DNA of 64,000 nt, taken from the NCBI GenBank assembly GCA_951406725.2, contig OX597817.1, positions 172,422,001-172,486,000 on the forward strand, given 5' to 3'. This document shows, one piece after another, positions 13,875-28,811 of this stretch. The DNA is from Octopus vulgaris. Taxonomy: Eukaryota. Every line of letters begins with the position of its first letter. Position 1 is the stretch's first letter. The position numbers and the translations under genes were made by a program. Under the pieces are notes generated by a model. The model was not told the DNA's origin. It ran no database searches and saw only the letters and a list, made by a program, of their open reading frames with translations.

Positions 13875-14724
13875 TCAACACACGAACTGTTAAAATAGCA
13901 CGAACTACTCAGACCGCTACTATCTATATGTAAAGGTCCTGTCCATTGTCGCCAGGGGGCGTCGTACTCTCGCACAGCACCTCTTTTTTCCCCTTTCCCT
14001 CTTCACTTGGACTCCATCTTGGTTCGACTTTGCTCAATGCTTTTGCTCTCATCTCTTACTCAGACCTTTCTTAACTTCTGTTTCACACTTGATTCAGATC
14101 ATCCCTCTTTCTTGTCTTCCACTCTTTACTCACGACAAAATATCCTATGAATAATATTTGTTTTGAAACTCTACTCTACGTGTCCACATTTTTTCTCACG
14201 TTCCTTCATTTTCCGTTCCCCATTTCCGCTTCACAACTTTCTCCTTCTGCTCGACCTAAGCCATTAGGTATCTTCTCCCTTTCTTCTCTAATTTTAACTC
14301 CATTCCTACTTCATTGACCTCGTACTACAGACTTTTAACACTCACACCACTTTCTATATTGCTCCTTCATTTTCTTCATTTTCTAGCTTCCAACCAAAGT
14401 GTCAACACTTTTCCCCTGCTACATATTCGGACTAATATTCTCATCTTGGCTGTTATACTCACAACGTTTCGACCATTGAGAACTTTAGACCAAAATTCAA
14501 ACATTTTATCTCTCTCGTCATCGTTTTCAAACGTACAGCAAAGGCTCGAAACTTCAAATTATTCACTACCCATAACAAAAACACATGCCGGCATTGTAAA
14601 GTGTTGACTAAAATACTTAATGTGGTGGACTAAAAAGAATGCTAAATCGATTGAACTTTTATCATAATTGGGAGAAACATTTTTAATGGTTCTTGTCATT
14701 CTGTAATTTATATTGATTAAATAT

Positions 14725-14941
14725 TGATTTTAAATTTTTACACAAAGCCAGCAAGTTCGGTGGAAGGGATAAGTCGATTATACTGACTCCAGTGCTTAAA
14801 TGATACTTATTTTATCGACCCCTAAAGGATAAAAGACAAAGTTAACCTCGGCGGAATTTGAACTCAGACCGGAAAGACGGACGAAATGCCACTAAAGCAT
14901 TTCACTCGGTGTTCTAACAATTCTACCAGTTCGTCGCCTTG
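14725..14941 (-). mobile_element. SINE family A
   Basis: Reverse complement of the family A head and core. Confidence 0.8.
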
Positions 14942-15494
14942 CATTGAGTGAATATTAAATTTACACATGCAGTGGAGAGTGAGTCTAATTTTTATGTCAG
15001 TATCCTTACTCCTCCGGTACGTTTTGGTATTATTAGGATTTTGTCTTGCATGTAGTTGGCAAATAACGAATGCTATCCAGGTTTATTTTTTAATTAATCG
15101 ACATTTCCTCACCACCAACGTAACTTTGACCATGTCGAGGTGACTAAAGCAGAGTGTCACTAACCAGTTTCACCTTGTTTTAACAGTGTCCAGCAAAGTG
15201 AACCCTTTTTTTTTTTATCTATGATGGTGTTTGATATTTTAGGATGCTTACTAATTTAATCGCTCCTTAATCGTGCATTTTCCTAGATATGTTCGAAATG
15301 GCACAAAACACGCGCACTTAAACGCTATCCAGCATAGTTTCAAAGTTTCTAGTTATTGTGCATGTTTTTTTTTGTTTTTTTATTCTTGACCTCTAGGATT
15401 CAAAATGCCGGTTACCCGGTTTCCATGGCGTATAAGTGATCGAGATCAAATATTCTTCTGAATGGGACACCGGTTCGTTGCACGGTTCAAAGCC

Positions 15495-15683
15495 AGCAAT
15501 CTTAAAGGGAGAAGACAAGTCGATGACGTCGACCGCAGTACTTGACTTGTGCTTTATTTCATTGACTCCGAACGTATGAAAGGGAAAATAGGCATCGGCA
15601 GGATTTCAACCTAGTAAAGAGCCGGGGAAATGCCGCTAAGCATTTTACACCATGTGCTAGCGATTCTGCCTGCTCGACGCCTT
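15495..15683 (-). mobile_element. SINE family A, degraded
   Basis: Reverse complement of the family A head and core. Confidence 0.7.
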
Positions 15684-16897
15684 AGTGTGGATGTAGAAGA
15701 GCCGTAAAGATACATAAGAGCCAGCCGTCCCCCGCGGACGAATATGGCTTTGTAACATGTACCACGCTTTCGCTGATTAATCAATATGCTTTTGTATTCA
15801 CGAACAGACACAGGCGCTCTCTCGACTCTCTCTTCTTTTGACCCAGTGGCGCATCCAGAATCTGACAGACGGACGAGAGAGAGAGAGGGGGAGGGAGAGA
15901 GGGAGAGTGATAGGGAGGAAGGGAGAGGGAGGGAGAGAGAGAGAAGGAGAGAGAGAATTACGTCCGCACTCGGACTTTTGATTTTAGCTAAGTAGACTGT
16001 GAAATGAACTGTCTTCCTCAAGGACACCAGGCACGGTCCCGTCCAGGAATTGAATCCACGACATTACGTGAGCCTCCCGAACACCATAAGCATTTGACCA
16101 AGCACCTTCACGCTCACATTCAACTACTGCGTTGTAGAAGTTCTTTTTCAGATTCTCTGGGAACTTTGATTTCCACTATAAAGACTCAGTATAAAATGAT
16201 AAATCAAGGAATTTCAAAACTAACTTCTTTCGGGCAGTGATGGAAATTGTATAGTGAAGGTTCGTGACCTAGTGGTTAGTGTGTTCGGCTGACGATCATA
16301 ATGTCGTAGGTTCGATTCTTGATCCAAGCGGCGTATTGTGTTCTTGAGCAAGGCACTTCGTTTCACATCGCTCCAGTCTACTTAGCTGGTAACTAATACC
16401 AGCTGAGTATTGATGCAGCTCTCTCTCTCTCTCTCCCTCTCTCGTCTCTTTCCCGCTCTCTTCCTCTCTTTCCCTCCCCCTCTCTCTCTCTCTAGCTTCC
16501 ACACCCTGCATGTGCCACTAGATCAAAGAGTGTGAGCAAAGAGTGTATCTATATCTGCGTGCGGCATCATAGGCAACTGAAGCAATTAGCGAAAGCATTG
16601 TACAGGCTTCCAATTCATAATCGTTTCACCAGTGACACCTAACCCTAATGAATCTTTGTTACTTTATGGCTCTTCCACTGAGAGATTGACTTTAATCCTT
16701 AAGACTATTCGTTAATTAGTCAAATTAAGTAAATGACATTGAGGAGTTTCTCAAGGACGCCTTCTGCACGTTTCGACGCATAAGAGAACTTCGCCATTGA
16801 TGTATCTTCTCTGTATTAAATCAGCCTCTTTTGTTTCTATGTCTGGTTTCTAGTCCACTCAGATGGCAAAAAGGAATAATGCCTATGATGATATTAT

Positions 16898-16931
<34 letters not shown>

Positions 16932-17267
16932 CTTGATTTTTTATTGGCCACAAAGTATCAAAACATTGGGGAGCATATCACAGGGTGAAATACATGTAAA
17001 AGTTGGGGTTTACATAAATTAGTAGGGAATCAACAGTAATTATGATATAACAAAAGATATAAAGAATGAAACAATAATAATGTGAGCACTGAGGGAGCGC
17101 AAACCTCCGCCAACGCAACACCAATGTCCTCTCAAGGATTAACCGGAGATGATTTTTAAAATGAAAATATATGAAGTAAATTCCTTCAATGAATATCAGG
17201 AAACCTTTCAGATTTCTCTTCTCTTAAATTCCGGTCTTTCTTTAGTGATCCTGTTGTTTTATGTATA

Positions 17268-17652
<385 letters not shown>

Positions 17653-18468
17653 TATGCGTCGGTATCTGTATTTGTCCCCACTATCGCTTCACAACTGGTA
17701 TTGGTGTGTTGATGTCCCCGTAACTTACCAGTTCGGCAAAGAAATCAATAGAGTAAGTATAAGGCTTAAAAATAAAATCGATACATTCGACTAAAAATTC
17801 TCCAAATTTTCCAACGTGGTGCCCCAGCATGGCCGCAGTTTGATGACTGAAACAATTAAAAGTGAGAGCCAGAGAGTTGTTATTTCTGTTTGTTTTATAC
17901 AACGCGACAGGACATAAAACTCGCGGACCACAAAACCTTTTGTGTGAACCACAACAGTAATCACAATTGTAGGCTGTCTGAATGTTTCTTAATAGTTTCT
18001 CGTAATCAGGAAAGTAAGGGCAAGGAATACGATAACAGAATGAAGTTGTCGTTAATAATCTCCAACATTTACGTGTCTTAAGGGAGTCTGTTTCACTTCA
18101 CATACATGAGAGCTATCAATAGAAATTTTGATGATACGTGTAACTATTTTCAAGCAGTATTAAGTTAGATTAATATCTCAACAGGAACGTACGGTATCGA
18201 TAATCGATCATTGAATGATATATCTTTCACCTTTGTCATATGCTAATCAGTATCTATACACTACACCCATCTTATATACGAGTTCTAGAAACAATACAGA
18301 ACGTATTCTAAATAAATGTCTTTAATGGTAATCGATACGACAAGCCCTCGGCTGAATAGTTGGAATTCGATTGACAAGGCAGATTGCAGCTCTCAGGTAA
18401 ACGACGCGGATCGCATAAAATATAACAAACTTTGACGTTGACCAATAGATATTATCATGGTGATCAAA

Positions 18469-19372
<904 letters not shown>

Positions 19373-19382
19373 TTTATATATA

Positions 19383-19877
19383 CAGGGTGCGGTGAATAAA
19401 TTGTCGTCTAAATTATGCAAAAATGAAAATAGCTTCTGTGGCATGGGGCAGAGTCCTGTTGCCAGACACAGGGTCTTCCAGCAGCCAGCCTGTTGATCCA
19501 GGGCAGCACTACCTCCTCCAGGCACTTGACAAAGGGTTCCGTATTGAAACTGAGGCCGTGTGGGAAGATGACATCACTAGTGATCATTCCAAACACCATT
19601 ATGTCGGCTGGATGTTTGATTGGATGTTTGATTTTTATCAGGTTTTGTGGATGCGGCAAGACAACAGTCATTCTGGGTTTCACCATCTGTTCGTAATGGA
19701 GCTTCCAGCGCCAGTGCCAAGCAATACACCATGTCGTTCCAAATTTCTGGCAGAGTGTATTGAGTCATGGAGCAGTTTCTCTCACAGAGAGTGCCCAATT
19801 GACAAAATCAAAAGCAGACAATAGGCATGCGCGAAATAAAAAATATCAAATGGCGACAGCTTACCCATCGCACCCTA
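19383..19877 (-). mobile_element. Internally deleted Tc1/mariner-superfamily DNA transposon
   Basis: Imperfect TIRs CAGGGTGCGGTGAATAAATTGTCGTC / reverse complement TAGGGTGCGATGGGTAAGCTGTCGCC, flanked by TA. Transposase remnant KHPADIMVFG...CLEEVVLPWI...PCVWQQDSAPCH. Confidence 0.85.
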
Positions 19878-20025
19878 TATGTAAGTATGTATGTATGTAT
19901 GTATGTATGTATGTACGAGTGAGTAGTCAAACGAAAGACTCCAATGTCCGAAGATTAGCTACACGCTTGAAACACAGGGTACCAAAGAGTTTAAATTACA
20001 TTGCTTTGATCAATATATATATATA

Positions 20026-20822
20026 TACTTTATAATTAGGTTTCAGCAACGATTTGCTTCACCACATACCGAAGTTTAGAAATAGCAGTCAAAAAATCCT
20101 AGCTATTCCTTCTACTTTAAAAGGGGCACCCAGAAAAACCAAAATACCTGAAAACAATCCACGCAGGCAAAAGGGAAAAATAACGTAAGTCAATCGATAT
20201 AGGTTACCCACGTACGCGCGTTTCGGAATTAGATCGGTATAAAGAATAAAATAAATAATTATATCTTACCCGACCATTTTCGGCTCATCAGCGTGGGATT
20301 CCTCAAATATTAATTATTAAATGTTAAATTCGAAGGCACTGGAAACTATCTCTTCACCTAACGGTATCAGAGAGATCATATTCAGTGCTTAGTGCCGCCA
20401 AATTCAAAATACGAATGACAGTTTATCACCTTTCCCCGGCCCATTAGCGTGTCGCCAAGTAAGATGCTACAGAGAAAAACTGTAGTTTGTTATCAGGGAG
20501 AAGAATTCCATTATCAATAATAACAAAGGGTAAAATTAATTAATTAAGAAGTAATCAGTAATTTCACCAAGTAGAATTCGGCATGAAAAAGACCATTTCA
20601 TGGTAAACTTAAGTAATACTTTATAATTAGGTTTCAGCAACGATTTGCTTCACCACATACCGAAGTTTAGAAATAGCAATAAAAAAATCCTAGCTATTCC
20701 TTCTACTTTAAAAGGGGCTGAACCCTATTTATAAAGTATTACCATGAAATGGTCTTTTTCATGCCGAATTCTACTTGGGGAAATTATTGATTACTTCTTA
20801 ATTAATTAATTTTACCCTTTGT

Positions 20823-20828
<6 letters not shown>
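20026..20828. mobile_element. Penelope-like element remnant with direct plus inverted pseudo-LTR segments
   Basis: Direct repeat 20026-20127 / 20617-20718 and inverted repeat 20517-20626 / 20728-20828; bounded by (TA)n; contains a hammerhead motif. Confidence 0.72.
20207..20297 (-). ncRNA. Type I hammerhead ribozyme (Penelope-type, palindromic helix III)
   Basis: Minus strand: CCCACG-CTGATGA-[long imperfect stem II including GGTCGG/CCGATC]-GAAA-CGCGCG-TA-CGTGGG; perfect 6-bp stem I. Confidence 0.78.
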
Positions 20829-20873
<45 letters not shown>

Positions 20874-21422
20874 TACATACATGCATACCTATATACATAC
20901 ATACATACATTTATTTATTTATATTTATATATATGCATTTATGGAAAATGGTAAATTTTAACATTTTAAAAACTAAAATCACCATCCATACATATGTATA
21001 GAAAGTATTGTTTTGAAATACTCTGTGTGTGTGTGTCTGTGTGTGTGTCCGTGTGTGTGTGTCTTCGTTTGATGGGTTGTAAGTATATATATATATATAT
21101 ATATATAAATATAAGTATATATATACATATATATATATATAAAATATAGGGACGGTATTATTAAAATACCATCACAAGTGGTAAGCGAATTATCAGTCAT
21201 ACAGGCAAATTAATAAAATATATACATACAATATTAGATATGCACATATATACACAAGGGAACTACATGAGTACCTATATCGCTAAAGATAGAAGTCAAA
21301 AAATACTTCTGTACCACCGAATAGTCACAAATCTATTACAGACAAGATAGGAAAAAATATCAGTGAACAATAATGTCTTACCTCAAATGGGTCAGGACAA
21401 GAAAATGCTGGTTAATATATAC

Positions 21423-21521
<99 letters not shown>

Positions 21522-22020
21522 TTTTCCGCGCGTTTCCTTGCTTACAGCTTCCCATTTGAATTCTCGAAACTGATTTAGTATTTTTTTCTCCTCCAAACTT
21601 CTTACATTTTTGATGCTCCCACCACGGCTCTTATCCTCCTCCACATTTTGTTTTTCATTGTTCTCAACATTACTGCTTCCTCCACCCCGTACCTCATTTT
21701 TGCACGCAACAATTCAACCGACCTTGCTTTTTCATTGCTCTCAACATTCTCGCCCTGAGTATTTTACTAACTTTAATCGTCCAGTACTTACGACGACATC
21801 ATTTCGATAAACAACAATATAAAAAGCGATTTATACACTACTCCATGAGTCGAAGTAGATTACAGAAAATTGGACGTAGCAATACGTTCTTCAGTCGTAA
21901 CAGTGTATTGATTCCGTTTATCCTCTAACATTCAAGTATGATCGTTTTATACGTGTATATGTGTATACATACATACACAATAAACACATGTATATGTGTA
22001 TATATATATACATACATATA

Positions 22021-22058
<38 letters not shown>

Positions 22059-22156
22059 CATATATATTTATTTATATATATATATATATATACATACGTA
22101 CATAAATATATACTATGTATATATACATGCATGCACACATACACACACACACATAT

Positions 22157-22341
22157 ATATATGTATATATGTATATATGGCGCAGGAGTGTCTGTGTGGT
22201 AGGAAGCTTGCTTCCCGACCACATGGTTCTGGATTTAGTCCCACTGCATGGCACCTTGGGCAAGTGTCTTCTACTCTAGTTGCGAGCCAACCAAAGCCAT
22301 GTGGGTGGATTTGGTAGAAGGAAACTGAAAGAAGCCCGTCG

Positions 22342-22382
<41 letters not shown>

Positions 22383-22582
22383 CTTTGTTTGTCCCCCCAC
22401 TATCGCTTGACAATCTGTTGGTGTGTTTACATCCCATAACTTAGCGGTTCGGCAAAACAGACCGGTAGAATAAGTACTAGCCTTACAAAGAATAAGTCCT
22501 GGGGTCGATTTGTTCGACTAAAGGCGATGTTCCAGCATGGCCACAGTCAAATGACTGAAACAAGTAAAAGAATAAAAGAATA
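22157..22582 (+). mobile_element. SINE family B, near full length
   Basis: GGCGCAGGAGTG..GTGTGGTAGGAAGCTTGCTTCCC head, CCTTGGGCAAGT, internal (GT)n, tail ...GACTGAAACAAGTAAAAGAATAAAAGAAT. Confidence 0.88.
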
Positions 22583-24799
22583 TATATATATATATATATG
22601 AATTGTGAGGTCTATCCATAAATCAGATGTCTCTGTCTCTATCAACGATTGTATAGCTAAAAGACATCCCGGAACATGGCGTTTAGCTCTAGTATGAACG
22701 TGGGTGCTTCCGGAAAATGATGATTAGTCAATCAGATCACTTGCTCCCAAAGCCTTTACTTTCTGTAACGGACGCAATAGTATTTGAGGTTATGAAAGAT
22801 GGCTGTTGTTCAAAAGGCAGCGTTGTGGGGCCGAACTCGGCACTACGCGATTTCGAGGCGAACTTCTTGAACCATTGGCTATTCTTGCACGCACATCTGC
22901 CCTCATTGCTTTGCTTTTATCGCCTGAAGTTGATAAAATCAGTACACTAGGGAAGTGGGGTATATGTGATCAGATATTGACCCATACAGATAAAAGGATA
23001 GATTGCGCCTAGTCGAAACAATCAATATTTAAGAAGCTACTTTTTTCTTCTTTTTTTACGAAAGGACATCAAAGCATTAAAATATGTTAGAAGTACGTAT
23101 TATACAAATACTTGCCACCTTGAATGCAAGGGAAAAGTTTAATGGCTATTTTTTCCCTCATAAATAGACAAGCAATAATCAGTGTTAAAAAGCTTGACAG
23201 TGCATAAAAAGAAAAGATTATAAAAATTTAGAGATATTACTTCCGTTACAATTACTAAACAACAATACACACCCGACGTTATGTATACAGTAATATACAT
23301 AATACATAACGTTCCTGCTTAATCTACCCGTGACAAGCTACTATAACTAGCATTTCGATCGATAACCGAGATTCATTGATCCGCAAAGCTTTTTCTATCC
23401 ATTTCTCATTCCATATAATTTGCTGTCACTTTTCCTGTGGTCGTACTTATCAATTCCTTTTATCTCAACGTTCGAGTCTGTCTCCTTTTTTTCTTCTTTT
23501 TCTTCTTGCTGTTTTTTTTTGTTATATTTATCCATTTATTTATTTATTTGACATGACATCTCTTTCTACCAGATGTGATCTATTGGAAATGAATAATTGG
23601 TTGAAATAAGTAAAGATACCTAAAGAACATCAGACAAAGCGTGTAAAGGAGGAAGAGAGAGAAAGAGAGAAAAAGGTGGAGTTAGAGATAGAGAAAGAGA
23701 GAGAATGAAAGAGAGAGAGACAGCATGTAGCTGGGGGAGAAGAAATATGAGATAGAAAAGGGTAAAATATGGATAAAAAAAGCCATCAGGACTACAATAG
23801 AATCTTGTCTGCTCTTGACGATTCTTAAAGGTAATGTACTAATGACATCAATATTTGGTCGGAATTTGGTTGAATCGCAGACGACAGCTAATAGTGTTTC
23901 TAATATTTGTTATCTCAGCCTTTGTGAAGAATAATCTTGAAAGAAATATGATAACGAAAGGTGGTGAATTTTAGACATTCCTCAGTATATTATAAGTTTT
24001 CTGGTGTTATTTATTTATATATTTATTATTTCTTTTTAGCGAAGATTCATCCTTGCATTATAGAGATAAATGTGATCGATTTATTTGTGTGTTTATAAAG
24101 TTTGCGCTTTGATAACAAAATTCTTTGGAATAAGATAATGTACTTCTGATTTAGACACAAGGCCAACAATTTTTAATAGGTGGGAGTTAGTCAGTAGCTG
24201 ATCCCCAGTATTTGACTGGTACTGTATCGACACCAGAGGGATGAAAGTCGCAACTGACCGTAAGACCATAAGAAAATATAAATTGTCAATAGTTTCAATT
24301 TGGAGTTTATTTTCTGCTTTAAACGTTGAAGAATCAAACAACGTAAATAGCTATCGCTTTGCAGGAAAATAAAAAATAATTCTCTCCATAGAACTAGTTC
24401 CAATTTGTCCCTAGAAAATCGCAGGGAAGGAGCCCTCAGTGCAAGAAGGTTTCCCTCAAATCTTTTGCGAATATTTTTTGGAAAAGAAAGGACACATTGT
24501 GCAATAGAGAGATATACTTGCTGGATCTCTCTCAAAGTAAAACAGTGACTTTGTTATTGGTGCAGACGTATAGTGAAGAAGCTTGCTTTGAAACCGTGTG
24601 GTTTCAGGGTCAGTGCCACCGTGTGGTACCTTGGGCAAGTGTCTTCTACTATATCCCGGGTCGACCGACACTTGGTGATGGAACTGGTTGACAGAAACTA
24701 TGGAAGCCGAACGTATATATAATATATATAACACTGTGTAAGACGATTTTTGTATTTGGGTAGTAGCTGTTATTTCCTATTTGCTTATCTCTAGAAAGT

Positions 24800-25012
24800 A
24801 TGGAACATGGCTAATATTTCTTTCAAACTTTACTTGTGTTATATTGATTCAAACCCCAAAGAATCCTTCCTAACACATGGCTATGATACTCCCCATATTC
24901 CTGCTCCTGACCAGAGATGCACATGATGTCAGCTACTAACGGACATACTTAAGAGGATAAGGTCAAGCAAGTGACAAGCAAATATGTTTTATTGAGCAGA
25001 ATATTTGCTATT
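24800..25012. repeat. Unclassified interspersed repeat (inverted copy at 60449-60652)
   Basis: AACACATGGCTATGAT-CTCCCC...CAGAGATGCACAT...GACAAGCAAAT...GAGCAGAATATTTGCT is shared with the reverse complement of 60449-60652. Confidence 0.7.
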
Positions 25013-26589
25013 CAGATATTTCTGCTTCAGCAACTCAGCGCTGATATCCAGGTCACAAAGGAAAAGTTTGAAAGGAGTAAAAGTCATTCCCTTTGATTCC
25101 TAGATAGAAGTAAATAGGGAATAATACTTACTGACCAAACACACAAAAAAAAAGAAATTTTAATTTTGTCACTTAGTGTAATCATAGCCTTATCTCCAAA
25201 ACGATGCCGAAACAGCAAGTGATTTAGACTGATGCTGCTATACTTTATAGATTCTGTAACACTTTAAAGAAAATTTCAAAGTGGAAGTCATCCTACAGTT
25301 TTAATAGACAAGGTTACTAATATATAATGCTAATTTGGAACAATTAATGCATAATTCGTCTTTAAAGAAACTGTTGGAAGTGTTACTGATGTAAACGGGA
25401 GGTGGAGAGTATTTATTGATTTATTCCAATCTAATTGAATACATAGTTTTTATTCACTTTATTTATTTATTTCTTTATTGCTTGAATGTATTATTAATAT
25501 TAATATAAGCTGCTTAATAGAAGTGTAAACAAATAATATTAAATTATAAGCAAGGGAAACAAAATCAGAGTCAGTCAGGACTAGAGACGATCTGTCATGG
25601 CAATAAAAACAATAAAACAGTTAATGATATTCATAAATAAATAAACAAGTTCTTTTTTTATGGTTTAATCAGAGGCCGAAGAGCAGAGGCTGTGAACTTT
25701 TTCAAGCTCGCCGACAATGGTTAATGGAGGGAAGGAACCCTGGCTCAAATGCTTGCAACAGAATGGACTTGGCTAAAGACAACAATTGGACAAATTACCT
25801 TGTACTGGTGACAGATTAAATCTAGCACCATAGGTTGTTGCAGATTATTTTAATCTCAGAATAGCACTTACTGAGTAGACTTATCATTAAAGGTGTTCAA
25901 GCCGTGACTATTCTATCTTAATGTTTATCACAAACCAATATGTTCTTTATTTATGACGGTATGATGTGGTTCGTAGAAGACTTAACTAACGTTTAAGGTG
26001 GTGTAACCGTGTAGAGATTCCTTCATTGGCTCTTGACGAATCCCAACGTTTTGAGTCACACTCTTTTCCATTATACAGCTTGTCTCTTACTTTTTTAGGA
26101 ATTAAGATGTCAGTAATCTTAGAAGAATGAATTATGCTTTGTTTATTTTGAGTGATAAAATATAAATTGAATTCTCTAAGAATATTTCCCATTAGTAACA
26201 GTCGAGCCATGTTCCAATGCTAAATATGTGTTTAGGTTTCATTTCTATAAACAGGCTTCTTTTTATACAAATATACAAAGCCAACGTGCAAGTCAGCAAC
26301 AAGCAAAAAAACGAAAGCCTTTATTGAAATTGACGCTTCATCTTTTTGCTTGACATTTCAACTTAATTATCTCTAAACACAAGGAATGTGACAACTGTCG
26401 GCCTTCTAATTAATCTCTTTATACATCTCTAGAGTAAGTCTGTGTGCATTTTGAAACCTATGAAGCATGTGTGTCTACGTAAATATTTGTTGATGATTTC
26501 ATTGTGACTAACTTCGAAGTTATTTTACACTTTATTTGTCTGCGACGTTCGAAGATGCACTTCCTCGGTTCAGCTGACGGTGTGAGCAG

Positions 26590-27170
26590 ACAGACAATAC
26601 CCACTGACTTGTTCAAGGAGCCACATCTCAAAACTAAGAACCAGACGTGTGTGTGTGTGCGTGTGTGTGTGTAAGAATTGTTTTTGGCTGATGATTATAT
26701 CTTTGTCTTCCATAGTGTGGAGCGCTTGCAGAGCTTGGTCGATGCTTTTGACGGTGGCGCCACCAAGTTCAGCTTGAAAAGGAACAACTGGAAAACTGAA
26801 GGTTTTCTTTATCAGCCAAGTCCTGACTCGAAGCAAGAGACACAATTCGAGTCAGTCGTTATCAAAAAGCAGCTGCTAGTAGAGACAAGCCACTTTATCT
26901 GTTCCATACAATCAGTAATAATTGGCAGGTATAGGCACATTGGAGAACAAGATTGCAGAATGAGCACAGCCAACTGGGTACTTGAAAGGTTGAAAGTGTG
27001 ACCGAGAAACAACAAGGACGTGTTGGGCCAAGAGTATTGACCGATAGTAGGATTGCTCGATATTCCACGGATCAGAGAGTATAGACGATATAAGGCAAAC
27101 AGATGGCAAAAATTGCACGTATTCTTGTTGAGACACTCGAGACAGATCATGCCACACTATTTACAGTATA
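26590..27170 (+). mobile_element. Degraded RTE (BovB-like) LINE RT fragment
   Basis: LFLADDYIFVFHSVERLQSLVDAF...FSLKRNNWKTEGFLYQP resembles RTE LFADD...LQ..VD.F....FGL.IN..KTEVLYQP. Confidence 0.7.
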
Positions 27171-28518
27171 TGGGTCGTTTACATTACTGTTGGTTACGTG
27201 ATATAACTATACGTAAGTTCAAAGGTAGTAAAATAAATTGTAGGATTTAAATTAGCCGGTTTATGTTGTTATATTAACTGTGTATTCTTATTTTCATTGA
27301 TCTTGTTTGTACATTTTCGGCTTCATATTTAAAACCTCTGCTTATATCACTATACTTCTTTACAATTTATATATTTACTTCTTAAGTTAGTGACGGTAGC
27401 TTCTTCGTATCAGCAGATCATGCGGTTGAGCGGTGCGCCCTCAAGAGCCAATGAAAACCAATCTTTCATGTAGAACTTTTCTTCCTGCTTGCATTTAGAA
27501 GTTTTAAAGTGAAAGTCTGTCTGCGCCATCCAACTCCAATCTTTAGACTTAGATATCTAACCACAGTGGATCAACGAGCTAAGATAGCTACGGTGGCTAG
27601 CAAGCTGTAGGTTTTACATTCGAGTGGCCTTATCTCAGATTAATTGCCTTACAATGCTGGAGAGCTCCACCTACTCTTGAGTGGCCAGATGGCTGTCAGG
27701 GAGGGCACCGACCATCCGAAGGACTCTACAACTTGATTTGCTGTCGAGGTTTATTTCTATTGCCTTTTCCTTTCTCATGGCAAGTACAAGGCAGTGAGTA
27801 TTTGTACTTAGAGTTTGTTTCGTTTTGTTTTTTTCCATAGCATGCTGAGACCCTAGTAGGTGCTACTGCTGCGGATCAGAATAGACTTGGGGACAAAAGT
27901 GTATAAGAGTTATTTCCACACTCCTCAAAACCCCCGGAACTCTCGAACCAGGGCCGCACTACTGGATGCAATTTAAAGTTATATCCACGACAAAATTTCA
28001 GATTGTAATATGCTCCAAAAAGCATATAATTTATGAAATGTTGTTTACTAAAATTTGCACACAGTTTACAGAGCTCAATGATGTATACAAATTATCTAAG
28101 AATCTACTAAGAAATTTCATCATGCATCTTTGGAAAAACTACTTTTTTTTATAATATGTTAGATAATCAAGATGGCGAGGTTGCTTTTTATGTTATAATA
28201 CACCTTTTTCTTAAATATTTAGAAATACTTTCATACAGACGAAAAACATTCTTAACCAAAAAACTCCTTAAATTATCAATATACCGAATAAAAATATGTG
28301 CAAGTCTAAAAGCTTGACTGAAAAAGTTACTTAACCTGCAAATGTAATTAATAATTACTTGCATGCAATAATGTTCAAACATTAAGAAACTTTAGAGCGC
28401 ACGTGAAACACATTTATATATACATGTTTATCATGTATATTACATTTATATATATAAGGAAAATAAGACAAGGTAGAAAATGCTAATGTTATATTTGTAC
28501 ACAGACACACACAGACAG

Positions 28519-28608
<90 letters not shown>

Positions 28609-28768
28609 GCTTGTAGAGAGAGAGACATACAGGCTGTATAGTTAAGACGATCGCTTTGCATCACGTAGTTTCCGGTTCAGTCCCAATGCGCGGCACCTTG
28701 GGCGAGTCTCTTCTTTTATAGCCCCGGATCGACCAGTGCCTTGTAAGTGAATATAGTGAGTGGAGACT

Positions 28769-28811
<43 letters not shown>

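Larger units (their letters stand above)
10559..13979 (-). mobile_element. Ty3/Gypsy (Mag/K02A2.6-like) LTR retrotransposon, degenerate, RT/RNase H deleted
   Basis: LTRs at 10559-10804 and 13473-13979. 5-bp TSD CCTCT at 10554-10558 and 13980-13984. PBS at 13458-13470 and purine-rich tract at ~10805-10818. Gag knuckles CYGCGGLHYKRDC/CYNC*KLGHRSSHC, protease-region NLFGTDWLELF, integrase RLHLDYAGP and ERFVDTFKRAL. Confidence 0.92.

Noticed and set aside
21860-21897. Minus-strand CTGAAGA + ACGTA/TACGT hairpin as a hammerhead
   Set aside because: No GAAA box and no helix I/III complement.
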